Shown here in pieces: positions 9,546 to 21,340 of a stretch of DNA of 64,000 bases. Origin of the DNA: an uncultured Gammaproteobacteria bacterium (GTDB lineage Bacteria; Patescibacteriota; Patescibacteriia; CAZGFX01); assembly GCA_964524845.1 (NCBI GenBank), contig CAZGFX010000003.1, positions 31,051-95,050 of the forward strand. The letters run 5' to 3'. A program made the position numbers and the translations under genes. Below the pieces are notes generated by a model that did not search any database, was not told where the DNA came from, and was given only the letters and a program-made list of their open reading frames with translations. Position 1 is the stretch's first letter; every line of letters starts with the position of its first letter.

Positions 9546-10256
9546 TCACTTCTTCGTCAAAAGATCAGTTCCCATGCCGTTCATTACCATAATCTGAATC
9601 GTCTTCACTTGAGTTCTGCTGTACTTCGTGCGAGCTTCAATTGTCAGCGCATGGTGGCCGGTAACAAAATATACTGTTTCTGAAAATTTTCCTTGTTCAT
9701 CAATATATATTACCTTACCATTGATTGTAAGTTGTGCCTCAGGCTTTGTCTTGCCTGTAATTATAACCGATGTGTCTGTTGTTTTATAATTATCAGCTGG
9801 AGAATATATATCAAGAACCGGTGGCGTCGTAATTGTATATATCTGCCATCCGAGATATCCGAAACATAATACTGATGCGACCGCAATCTGCGCCTTGCGC
9901 CAAAAATCAGGCGTGAAGCCTTTGCGTACCACATTGATTTTTGAAATATGATTATTCTGCTGAGAAGTAGTATGACGAACAACGTGTGTCTCCTCATTAA
10001 ACTTCTGCATCAGAATATTTTCTTCAATCGAATACATCGACGCGATTTTTTTCAGGAAATTTTTTGTGTAAATATCTCCGGGAAGCGTATTAAACGAATT
10101 GTTTTCAAGCGCGTTCAAAAATCTTTCCGGTATCAGTGTCTTTCCGGCAACATAAGAAACAGACCAACCGCATTGCGAGCGGCGATTCCTGATCATTTCT
10201 CCGAATGTTCTGCTAGATAAAATAGTACTCATGGCATGGATGCTTATTGAAAACAA
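9546..10256 (-). CDS. RodZ-like protein (N-terminal HTH, single TM, C-terminal DUF4115-like domain)
   Basis: The N-terminus matches the RodZ HTH pattern (...LPGDIYTKNFLKKIA...), followed by one hydrophobic helix. Confidence 0.5.
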   Translation of the reverse strand: MFSISIHAMSTILSSRTFGEMIRNRRSQCGWSVSYVAGKTLIPERFLNALENNSFNTLPGDIYTKNFLKKIASMYSIEENILMQKFNEETHVVRHTTSQQNNHISKINVVRKGFTPDFWRKAQIAVASVLCFGYLGWQIYTITTPPVLDIYSPADNYKTTDTSVIITGKTKPEAQLTINGKVIYIDEQGKFSETVYFVTGHHALTIEARTKYSRTQVKTIQIMVMNGMGTDLLTKK

Positions 10257-10426
10257 TCGTATAAAGTATAATACATTAGAAAACGGGACACCACTGCCCC
10301 TTCCTCTCCTTATAATACAACATTTTTGCTAACTTATCCACAATCTTATCCACTTAATATTTCTAGTATAAAAAAAGCGTTACCCGATTGTCGAATAACG
10401 CTTATGATACAAGGGACAAAATTTAA

Positions 10427-10506
10427 ATGTAGTTAAAAGTTACACGGCAGATGCTGAAATGGTGCAGATTCTGAGACAAACTCAGGATTAAAGATTCGGC
10501 ATGACA
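10427..10506. repeat. Family-A palindromic element (inverted copy)
   Basis: Reverse-complement match to TGTCATGCTGAAC...TTTCAGCATCTGCCGTGTAACTTTTAACTACAT, the same element found at 15195 and 41411. Confidence 0.8.
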
Positions 10507-10535
10507 GTGTGTAATATAATCCGCAATTCTCCTTC

Positions 10536-10600
10536 TCGTAATTTCCTCCTCTCATAATTCGTAATTCGCAATCTCCCTCTCGTAATTCGTTCACCCTGTG
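10536..10600. repeat. Family-C microsatellite-like repeat (CTCGTAATTCG units)
   Basis: Repeated cgtaattcg units. The same motif array recurs at 21258-21340. Confidence 0.75.
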
Positions 10601-10640
10601 AAATAAGATTCGAAACAGGTTGAGGTTTTGTTTATAAATT

Positions 10641-10662
10641 AATCAAAAATAATTGATTAAAC
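10641..10662. promoter_or_regulatory. Perfect palindrome TTAATCAA-N6-TTGATTAA, an operator-like site
   Basis: Directly read inverted repeat in the 475-bp intergenic region. It sits between a 13-bp inverted repeat, ccctgtgaaataa at 10596 and ttatttcacaggg at 10718. Confidence 0.35.
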
Positions 10663-10732
10663 ATATATAATAGTAAAAATTAATCCGAATCTTAATTTCA
10701 GGATGAAATTATTTCACAGGGTAAATTCGCAA

Positions 10733-13132
10733 TTATCTCTCCTCCTCTTTACGAGTATTGTCATCTTCGTCTTCTTCTTTTGTTGATACAAAAGCATCCT
10801 CTCTCTCATCATTTATCTCATCATAAGGTGAGTCGCCGCGCGCGTCGCCACGGCCTTCAGAAATAACCTCGCTCACATCTTCTGTATTAAACATCGAGTT
10901 AAGTTGATCCATCGAAACAAGCACGTCGCGCGGTTTAGCTCCGCTTCCAGGACCAACGACGCCAGACTCCTCTAGCAAGTCAATAATTCGCGACGCGCGC
11001 GAGTATCCTATTCGAAAACGTCTTTGTAAATATGATGCGGACGCCTTGCCTGTCTTCACGCACAGTTCAGCGGCCTCCTGCAAAAATTCATCTCCTCCTT
11101 CATCAAAACCCATACTGCTTGTTCCATTTCCATATGCAGACGTTTTCTTTTCCGTTACTTCATCATTATATTGCGGATCACCTCCTTGAGATCGAAGCTC
11201 ATCTGTAACGCGTCGTACTTCTTCTTCGCTAATAAAAGCGCCTTGAAGACGCACAGGATTTGGCATGCTCGACGACATGAAAAGCATATCTCCTTTACCA
11301 AGAAGTTTCTCAGCTCCAGACCTGTCGAGAATTGTTCTGGAATCAACCAATGATGCAACAGCAAACGCTATACGACTGGGTACGTTTGCCTTGATAAGGC
11401 CTGTAATAATGTTTACTGACGGCCGCTGTGTAGCGAGAATCAAATGAATTCCGACAGCACGTGCCATTTGTGATAGACGAATTATAGATCCCTCGACTTC
11501 TTTTGCAGCTATCTGCATGATATCCGCAAGCTCATCAATAATAAAAATAATATGTGGAAGAGATTTGTCAGGACGCTTTTCATTATAAGATGAAATATTG
11601 CGCGCGCCTGCATGAGCAAGCACCTTGTACCTATTATCCATCTCCGCGACAGTCCAACGAAGTGCGTTAATCGTCTTGTCAGCATCATTCACAACAGGAC
11701 ACAATAGGTGCGGAATACCATTATAAACAGAAAGCTCTACACGCTTAGGATCAACGAGAACGAGACGAAGCTCGTCAGGAGTGTTTTCATATAATAATGA
11801 AATTATAATATCATTAATACAAACTGATTTTCCTGAATTAGTCGCTCCAGCGATCAATAAGTGAGGCATATCAGCAAGGTTTGTAAGCATTGGTACTCCG
11901 GCAACATCCTTACCGAGCGCCATAAATAAATTTCCTGTACGCGATCGAAACTGTGGCGTATCAATAACATCACGAAGACGAACCATGCTTGCAACAGTAT
12001 TTGGTATCTCTATACCGACAAGTGATCGCCCTGGAATCGGAGCTTCGATACGAACAGATTTTGATGCAAGTGCAAGCGCGAGATCGTTTTGCAATGCACT
12101 TATGCGCGAAAGCTTTATTCCTTCCGCTGGCTTAAATGAAAATCGCGTAACAGTAGGACCAACTTCGGTCGGACCCATGGTCACAGGAATACCGAAGTGC
12201 TGAAGTGTTTTTCTTATCTTTTCAGTATACTCGGCAACATTAATCTGGCTTGTCGCTCCATTATTTTCATCGAGAAGATTGATATCGAGTCGAGTAACTA
12301 TTCCTGTTCGTTTTATTTCTTCTCGTTCAGGAAGATTCTTGTTTATAGGAGAAAAAGAAGAATGGGCGGGCGCGGGAGTGCGCAAAGAGTCGTCTGATTC
12401 ATCATCAATGTCTCTTTCCTTAAAATCAAATGTTTCATCAGAATCATCATTCTCATCATTTAATTCCTCTCCTTGCACATATTTTTGAGCCCTTACCAAC
12501 TCGTTCATCTCTTTCTCTCGACGCGCTTCATCACGAGCAATGGCACGTTCTTCCGATTTACGTTTCCACCACTCAATAATTCCAACATATTCTAGAACTG
12601 AACGCGGAGTAGTATTAAAAAGTATAAGAAGCCCAACAACAAAAAGTGTGGAAACTATCAAAAGTGTTACCCAAAACCCCGCGGCATTCACAACATAATA
12701 TGAAACAATATATCCAAACACTCCCGCGCCCGCCCCATGTTTTGCAAGAGTATATTCAGGAACTCCTGATATAAGATGAGTTATCCCTACAACACCAAGA
12801 AACGAGAACGCTAGTCCGAGATATCTTGTTGGAGACACTCTGTATTCTTCTGGCAATAACATAGCGATACCAGCCCATATAAAAAATATTGGAAATATGA
12901 TTCGAATAGTACCAAGAAGAAACTTCATTCCTGCATCAATGTTTTCTCCAAACACCCCAGCAAGTCCGAAAAAACTCAGAAGCATAATAAACCCAATTAG
13001 AAATATTATGACAATGTTTATGCCATGCCATACTTCCGGTGATATATCAAAAGGAAGATCTGCGGGAGAACGACGTTTTTTCCTATTTTCGTCCTGTACC
13101 TTAACATTTACTTTCTTATTCTTCTTACTCAT
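10733..13132 (-). CDS. ftsK: DNA translocase FtsK/SpoIIIE
   Basis: N-terminal TM segments, a linker, and a motor domain with IAGATNSGKSV Walker A and a C-terminal gamma-like region. Confidence 0.9.
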   Translation of the reverse strand: MSKKNKKVNVKVQDENRKKRRSPADLPFDISPEVWHGINIVIIFLIGFIMLLSFFGLAGVFGENIDAGMKFLLGTIRIIFPIFFIWAGIAMLLPEEYRVSPTRYLGLAFSFLGVVGITHLISGVPEYTLAKHGAGAGVFGYIVSYYVVNAAGFWVTLLIVSTLFVVGLLILFNTTPRSVLEYVGIIEWWKRKSEERAIARDEARREKEMNELVRAQKYVQGEELNDENDDSDETFDFKERDIDDESDDSLRTPAPAHSSFSPINKNLPEREEIKRTGIVTRLDINLLDENNGATSQINVAEYTEKIRKTLQHFGIPVTMGPTEVGPTVTRFSFKPAEGIKLSRISALQNDLALALASKSVRIEAPIPGRSLVGIEIPNTVASMVRLRDVIDTPQFRSRTGNLFMALGKDVAGVPMLTNLADMPHLLIAGATNSGKSVCINDIIISLLYENTPDELRLVLVDPKRVELSVYNGIPHLLCPVVNDADKTINALRWTVAEMDNRYKVLAHAGARNISSYNEKRPDKSLPHIIFIIDELADIMQIAAKEVEGSIIRLSQMARAVGIHLILATQRPSVNIITGLIKANVPSRIAFAVASLVDSRTILDRSGAEKLLGKGDMLFMSSSMPNPVRLQGAFISEEEVRRVTDELRSQGGDPQYNDEVTEKKTSAYGNGTSSMGFDEGGDEFLQEAAELCVKTGKASASYLQRRFRIGYSRASRIIDLLEESGVVGPGSGAKPRDVLVSMDQLNSMFNTEDVSEVISEGRGDARGDSPYDEINDEREDAFVSTKEEDEDDNTRKEEER

Positions 13133-13235
13133 GTGATATAAAAATACGATGGAATTATAGCATATAAAGAAACTTTTCGGATAATTTTAATATTGAAAAA
13201 TAAAAATCCCTCTTTAATAAATAAGAGAGATTCTT

Positions 13236-13314
13236 ATGGTGGGCGATTAGGGATTCGAACCCCAGACCCTCTCGGTGTAAACGAGATGCTCTAACCAGAC
13301 TGAGCTAATCGCCC
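13236..13314 (-). tRNA. tRNA-Val (TAC)
   Basis: GGGCGAT acceptor, TTTACAC anticodon loop, GGTTCGAATCC, CCA encoded. Confidence 0.9.
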
Positions 13315-13315
13315 A

Positions 13316-13392
13316 TGGTGGAGAATAAGGGAGTCGAACCCTTGACCTCCTCGGTGCAAACGAGGCGCTCTAGCCAACTGAGCTAATTCCCC
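13316..13392 (-). tRNA. tRNA-Ala (TGC)
   Basis: GGGGAAT acceptor, TTTGCAC anticodon loop. Only a 1-nt spacer separates it from tRNA-Val. Confidence 0.9.
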
Positions 13393-13440
13393 ATGAAAAA
13401 TTTTTATACGAGACTTGTATAAAACAAAAAATACAGGAGA

Positions 13441-13469
13441 AATATATCAAACACACACAACAAAGTCAA
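13441..13469 (-). promoter_or_regulatory. Promoter for the tRNA-Ala/tRNA-Val pair (TTGACT-17-TATATT)
   Basis: Read on the minus strand upstream of tRNA-Ala. Confidence 0.45.
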
Positions 13470-13532
13470 TCATATTTTTTGTTTAAAAATGAATATTTTT
13501 GTATACTAAATACAGTTTAAATGTAAAATCAT

Positions 13533-13796
13533 ATGCGTTTTTTTCTTAGTTTGTTGGGAATTGTTGCGGGATTTATGGTTACTTACAAAGCCGATGCTAT
13601 CATGCGCGCATTCGGACGCATTCCATGGGCGGAAGAAAAACTTGGTGTTGAAGGAGGAACAAGGCTTTTTTGGAAACTTATTGGTATCATCATTATTTTG
13701 TTCGCAATCATGTATCTCGTCGGTGCCGAGGCTGGATTTTTCGGAATGTTTGGCAGACTCTTCGGCGGAGCACAAACAATTGAACCGGTGGAATAA
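13533..13796 (+). CDS. Hypothetical small two-helix membrane protein
   Basis: 87-aa ORF with two hydrophobic helices. No clear RBS. The ORFs overlapping it look spurious. Confidence 0.35.
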   Translation: MRFFLSLLGIVAGFMVTYKADAIMRAFGRIPWAEEKLGVEGGTRLFWKLIGIIIILFAIMYLVGAEAGFFGMFGRLFGGAQTIEPVE

Positions 13797-14165
13797 TTTT
13801 CACGTCTTATTTCATGAATGAAAAAATCCGTACACTTGTCTATTTTGTTTTATTTGTCAGTAAACAACGAAATAAACGAATAGAAGTGTGGATAACTTCT
13901 TGTTCATCTTTTTGATATAAATGTTCGATTTTCTCTTTTTTAATGTTTAAACAGTTTTATAAAAACCCAATTACTCGCTTAAAAGGCTGTTAAGCGGGTT
14001 TATTTATTTTTGTTTTTAAATTATATTTTTTTCTTGTACCAAAAAATAATTTCTGTGAATTGCTTAACAAAGCAAAAAAGTATTTAAAAAAATACACGAT
14101 GTTCTATACTTACATATGTAAGGATCAAAACAATCCTACATATCTAATTAAATAATATTACTTCT

Positions 14166-14303
14166 ATGGCAAAAGCAAAAAAAGCCACTTCAAAAGCAAG
14201 AGAGGCTCGCAAGGGCGGTTCAAAAGCTCGCCCAAAAAAAGCAAAATCAGCTACACGAAAAGCTGTTAAAGTTCGTTCAAAAGGTCGAAAAGAAAGCAGA
14301 TAA
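14166..14303 (+). CDS. Small Lys/Ala-rich basic protein (45 aa), paralogue 1 of 3
   Basis: MAKAKKATSKAREARKGGSKARPKKAKSATRKAVKVRSKGRKESR. Own terminator at 14321-14353. A conserved 5' hairpin AGGAT-N7-ATCCT lies upstream. Confidence 0.55.
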   Translation: MAKAKKATSKAREARKGGSKARPKKAKSATRKAVKVRSKGRKESR

Positions 14304-14320
14304 TTTTTTCAAATAAAAAA

Positions 14321-14353
14321 ACAATCCCGAAATTATTTCAGGGTTGTTTTTTT
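14321..14353 (+). terminator. Intrinsic terminator after K/A-rich gene 1
   Basis: caatcccgaaattatttcagggttg hairpin plus a T-run. Confidence 0.55.
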
Positions 14354-14537
14354 ATTAAAAATTTTTCATATATAAAAAATATTTACATGTAATTTTACAA
14401 AATACAAACACCTAAAAATGCTCTTATATAAGCGATTAAATTGCATTTTTAATAAAAAAATATTTTTTTAATCATTTTACAAAAAATTTTGAAAAAACAT
14501 GATATGTGTATAATTATTTATATATTGCACAAATTTA

Positions 14538-14566
14538 TTCACAAATTGCAAAAATAAGCGTATAAT
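14538..14566 (+). promoter_or_regulatory. Promoter for K/A-rich gene 2 (TTCACA-17-TATAAT)
   Basis: Directly read. Followed by the AGGATGAATAATCCT hairpin at 14573-14587. Confidence 0.45.
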
Positions 14567-14603
14567 TATATCAAGGATGAATAATCCTATTTTAATTACT
14601 TCT

Positions 14604-14720
14604 ATGGCTATGAAGAAAAAAGCAAAGAAAGTAGCAAAGCGAAAACCAGCTGCAAAGAAAAAGACAGCTAAAAAGGCAAAACGCTCTTCTAAGAAAAAGA
14701 CTGCTCGCCGTCGCAAATAA
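14604..14720 (+). CDS. Small Lys/Ala-rich basic protein (38 aa), paralogue 2
   Basis: MAMKKKAKKVAKRKPAAKKKTAKKAKRSSKKKTARRRK. Shares the upstream motif tacttctATGGC with paralogue 1. Own terminator at 14739-14765. Confidence 0.55.
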   Translation: MAMKKKAKKVAKRKPAAKKKTAKKAKRSSKKKTARRRK

Positions 14721-14879
14721 TACTTTCTTTACGAAAATCCCGTGCCGATCTTTGGTACGGTTTTTTCTTTTCTAAATATATTTTGTACACACAGATATGC
14801 ACTTCTCGCTTAAAAAAATTTTTTAAATGCTTTATAGTATGTTTGAGGATGAATAATCCGCTCTAACTAATTTTCATAA

Positions 14880-15143
14880 ATGAAACATATGGCAACGAAA
14901 AAGAAAGCTGTTAAAAAATCAGCGGCTAGAAAAGCCATTAAAAGAGTTCGAGCAAAAGGCAAAAAAACCACAAAAAAACGACCCGCGAAAAAAAGTGCCT
15001 CAAAAAAGACAACAAAAAAATGCTCCTGTTGCGGAATGCCGATGTCGCGATGCATAAAAAAAGCTATGAAAAACACAATGTCAGTTGAACCAACTCTTAT
15101 AGCATTTCCTCGAGCAAGTGATACTCCCGATACACAATTTTAA
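14880..15143 (+). CDS. Lys-rich basic protein (87 aa), paralogue 3, with a Cys-containing C-terminal extension
   Basis: K/A/R-rich N-terminal 50 aa. Same GGATGAATAATCC upstream hairpin. Terminator at 15153-15193. Confidence 0.5.
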   Translation: MKHMATKKKAVKKSAARKAIKRVRAKGKKTTKKRPAKKSASKKTTKKCSCCGMPMSRCIKKAMKNTMSVEPTLIAFPRASDTPDTQF

Positions 15144-15194
15144 AAACACAAAACAACCCCGCCATCGCTAACGCTCGGCGGGGTTGTTTTTTTA

Positions 15195-15319
15195 TGTCAT
15201 GCTGAACCTTTAGTCCTGAGTTCGTCTCAAGATCTGAACTCGTTTCAGCATCTGCCGTGTAACTTTTAACTACATTGTCATGCTGAACTCGTTTCAGCAT
15301 CTGCCGTGTAACTTTTAAT
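15195..15319. repeat. Family-A palindromic element: one full copy plus one internally deleted copy
   Basis: TGTCATGCTGAACCTTTAGTCCTGAGTTCGTCTCAAGATCTG...TTTCAGCATCTGCCGTGTAACTTTTAACTACAT at 15195-15275. A 44-nt deleted version lies at 15276-15319. Confidence 0.85.
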
Positions 15320-15360
15320 AATATGGGTTATAAGTTTTCCTAGAAAACATTGTATCAAGG

Positions 15361-15440
15361 TAGATCCTGAAGGGAATATACAGATCCTGAAACAAGTTCA
15401 GGATGACATTGTTCAGGATAAAATTGTTCAGCATGACAAC
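15361..15440. repeat. 20-bp tandem YAGATCCTGAAR units with hairpin partners (ATCCTGAA...TTCAGGAT)
   Basis: Direct reading. The same arrangement recurs at 41575-41645 and 41741-41812. Confidence 0.8.
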
Positions 15441-15545
15441 ATTAATATTCCGCTCTCGTTCCGCTCAGCCGAACTTGTCACATCGAGCGACTATTGTAAT
15501 CTCAAACCAACATTGTCATCTCGAACGAAGTGAGAGATCCACAAA
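15441..15545. repeat. Family-B element (iterated TTGTCACMTCGA motifs ending ...CTCGAACGAAGTGAGAG)
   Basis: Matches copies at 38385, 55118 (reverse orientation) and 59925. Confidence 0.75.
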
Positions 15546-15568
15546 CAAAAAACCACCGCTAACGGTGG
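15541..15568 (-). terminator. Intrinsic terminator of the 23S-5S unit
   Basis: ccaccgttagcggtgg hairpin followed by tttttttgttt on the minus strand, immediately after the 5S gene. Confidence 0.7.
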
Positions 15569-15580
15569 TTCGTATGTATA

Positions 15581-15716
15581 GAAGACAAGGTATTGGCGAT
15601 TACCTACTCTCCCAGGTCATAAGACCTAGTACCATCGGCCCGCAAGGACTTAACTGCCGGGTTCGGAATGTGACCGGGTGTACCCCCTCTGGAAGTATCA
15701 CCAATACTCTGTCTTC
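15581..15716 (-). rRNA. rrf: 5S rRNA
   Basis: Helix I pairing gaagacagagtattggtga / tcgccaataccttgtcttc, and an internal CCGAACCCGGCAGTTAAG loop-B/C region. Ends are approximate. Confidence 0.8.
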
Positions 15717-15819
15717 TATAATTTTTGTGATGAATAAAAATGAAATATCACAAACGCATTTTTCGCACGCATACTGAAAAAGAAAGAATGAATCGTATTA
15801 TATACTCATATATATGTGC

Positions 15820-18905
<3,086 letters not shown>

Positions 18906-19071
18906 ACATATACGAGTAGATACTTACTCACTTCTTTACTTTTACTAATTTGTATGCGCGCGAAAATTACGTTTGTAATTTTCGCACGTTTATTCAACTG
19001 TCAACGAACCCTTATGTTGAATGACAATCAACTTTTATATATTATTCAAAAAATTCAACAAAAGCTCTCAT

Positions 19072-19100
19072 ATGATAGAGCAAAAAAAGGGCTAGGTCAA
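19072..19100 (-). promoter_or_regulatory. Promoter of the 23S-5S unit (TTGACC-17-TATCAT)
   Basis: Read on the minus strand about 160 nt upstream of the mature 23S 5' end. Confidence 0.45.
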
Positions 19101-19470
19101 GTGTATAAACCTCACATGTTGTTCACAGGATACATATTAATAAATAGCTTTGTTGACAGTCTTTTTTTAATTTTTTAATTTTAATCATAATAAAAAACAT
19201 AATAAAAACAAAAAACCCGCTCCATTAAGCGTGTTTTAAACAAATAATCTTTTTACTATTTTTTTTATTATCGGCCCCCCACTGTGCCTTACGGTATATT
19301 ATTCTTGAAAAATTGTCAAGTAGGTGGTGTCAATAACTTGTTTATAACTATTTTTTGTCGTTTTTTCAAGGTTTTTATTGGTTTTTTAGTGTTGACTTTT
19401 TACCGAAAATAAGATATTATTTAATGAAAAAACAAAATAAATTAAAAACAAAAAAATACGGGGGTACGCG

Positions 19471-20097
19471 ATGTACGAAATAATTGTCGTCTGCTCGAGC
19501 GCACTATTCTTTGCATCTGCTATAGATTATGTACGATGCGCATGGACCGAAAAAACAAAACCGGTTCCAGCAACATGGATACTTATGATGACAACTATGA
19601 GCTTGTCGTTCTGGATGTATTGGAATAGCCCGAACAAATCATGGACTGGAAACATTGGAGTTACAGCAGGATTAATGGCAAATTTTATAATTTTCAGTGG
19701 AGTTATTTTAAAGCACATTAAAAACAACACTCTTCATATCATGTTTGATACAGTACAAAAATGTTGTCTAGCCGGAGGATTTAGCACTGTAATTGTTTGG
19801 ATCATCACGAAAGATCCTTTGTTGTCATATGTTCTTGTACAAGGTATTGCTGTTATAGGGTATTTTGCGACAATAAAAAGATTATGGAGGGCACCATCAA
19901 GCACAGAACCGATGTTTTTGTGGATTGCAGTTGTATTTGCAAACTTACTTGCATTATATCCTGCATTCATAAAAGATGATGTATTTTCTTGGATATATCT
20001 TTCTCGTACAATACCATCAAGTATATTCATGGTATATCTCATAAAAAAAATAAATCGTCGTTCCATACAAAATAATTTTTCTTCAGAGTTGTCGTAA
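19471..20097 (+). CDS. Hypothetical six-helix membrane protein (tandem paralogue A)
   Basis: 208 aa, hydrophobic throughout. No family could be assigned with confidence. Confidence 0.55.
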   Translation: MYEIIVVCSSALFFASAIDYVRCAWTEKTKPVPATWILMMTTMSLSFWMYWNSPNKSWTGNIGVTAGLMANFIIFSGVILKHIKNNTLHIMFDTVQKCCLAGGFSTVIVWIITKDPLLSYVLVQGIAVIGYFATIKRLWRAPSSTEPMFLWIAVVFANLLALYPAFIKDDVFSWIYLSRTIPSSIFMVYLIKKINRRSIQNNFSSELS

Positions 20098-20179
20098 TAA
20101 AAGATTACGACACCTTTATAAGAAAAATAAACTAAAAACAAAAAAACACTCACCTATTTTTAGGTGAAAAGGAGGATTC

Positions 20180-20776
20180 ATGATTAGTCTCATATCAGGA
20201 ATTATTGTCTGCGCAAGTATAATTCCTTATGTAATCCGCACATATCAGAAAAAAATTGAGCCAAACATCGTATCGTGGTCGATATGGTCGATAATCGGAA
20301 TATCTTTGTTATTAAATTCTATCGCTGCAAAAACATTTGAAAATAATCCGTGGCCACTTGTTTTTAACACGATAAATCCAACTATAATTGCAATCATGGT
20401 CGCGATCAGATGGCATCGCGAACCATTATATCTGTATGAAAAAATATCCGGTATTATTGGAATCATTTCAATTGTGTTGTGGTTCATATTTCAAAACAAT
20501 CCATCACTTGCTGTTTTTTCACTAATACTGGCACTTGTTGCTGATATAGCGGCTGGTATCCCTACTTTTTTGTTTGTTATTAAAAAACCAGATAAAGAAC
20601 GTCCTTTCGTTTGGTTTATATTCGGAGTAGGATATGGTCTTTCTATATTTATACTTGGAAACGATTGGGTTGAATATCTTGTTCCGGGATATATGACACT
20701 TGCCGGAATTGCAATATCAATTCCTCCTATCATCTACAGAATAAAAAACTCAATCCCATTAAAAGAATGGGTTTGA
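20180..20776 (+). CDS. Hypothetical six-helix membrane protein (tandem paralogue B)
   Basis: 198 aa with similar topology. GGAGG RBS. Confidence 0.6.
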   Translation: MISLISGIIVCASIIPYVIRTYQKKIEPNIVSWSIWSIIGISLLLNSIAAKTFENNPWPLVFNTINPTIIAIMVAIRWHREPLYLYEKISGIIGIISIVLWFIFQNNPSLAVFSLILALVADIAAGIPTFLFVIKKPDKERPFVWFIFGVGYGLSIFILGNDWVEYLVPGYMTLAGIAISIPPIIYRIKNSIPLKEWV

Positions 20777-20838
20777 AAAATTTCACAAAACAAAAAAACA
20801 CCTCGCGAAATAGCTTGGTGTTTTTTAATTAGTATAAA

Positions 20839-21192
20839 TTATTTTTTATTTATTATTTCCGTCATCCATAAAACATTACCTTCGGAATCAATAAATTTAG
20901 TTATTAAGAAACTTTTTTGTTTTTTACATCGTTCTATAATTTTTACATTTTTTGATTCAAGTATTTCTGTTGCTTTTTTTATATTACGAACAGAAAAACC
21001 AATTCCAGCATGACTTTTGTTATTATTGTTTTTTATCTTCATCAAAGCAATATTAATTCCATTTGCACACGTCAGTTCGGACCATACCTTTGTATTATAA
21101 AGCTGTTTTAAGCCTAGTATATCTCTATAAAAAACGAGTGCTTTTTCCATATTGTGTACAGGAATACAGAAATGATTAATATGTTCAAACAT
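20839..21192 (-). CDS. VOC/glyoxalase-family protein
   Basis: N-terminal HxxIPVxNMEKALxFYRDILGL pattern typical of glyoxalase/bleomycin-resistance folds. Confidence 0.6.
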   Translation of the reverse strand: MFEHINHFCIPVHNMEKALVFYRDILGLKQLYNTKVWSELTCANGINIALMKIKNNNNKSHAGIGFSVRNIKKATEILESKNVKIIERCKKQKSFLITKFIDSEGNVLWMTEIINKK

Positions 21193-21257
21193 AATATTTT
21201 TAAATTATTACTTATATCTATATTTTATCATAAACCACAAAAAAACAATTGTTTTCT

Positions 21258-21340
21258 TCTCGTAATTCGTAATTCGTAATTCGTAATTATTATTTCTTCT
21301 CGTAATTCTCTCCTCTCGTAATTCGTAATTCGTAATTTCC
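21258..21340. repeat. Family-C CGTAATT(CG) microsatellite array
   Basis: cgtaattcgtaattcgtaattcgtaatt ... ctcgtaattcgtaattcgtaatt. Same motif as at 10536-10600. Confidence 0.8.

Noticed and set aside
15361-15440. The GATCCTGAAA 20-mer arrays here and at 41575-41812 considered as a mini CRISPR array
   Set aside because: Units are only 20 bp with 9-10-bp quasi-spacers and there are only 3 units per block. The same spacers recur between loci. There is no leader, and no cas genes exist anywhere in the window. The arrays behave like tandem hairpin repeats.
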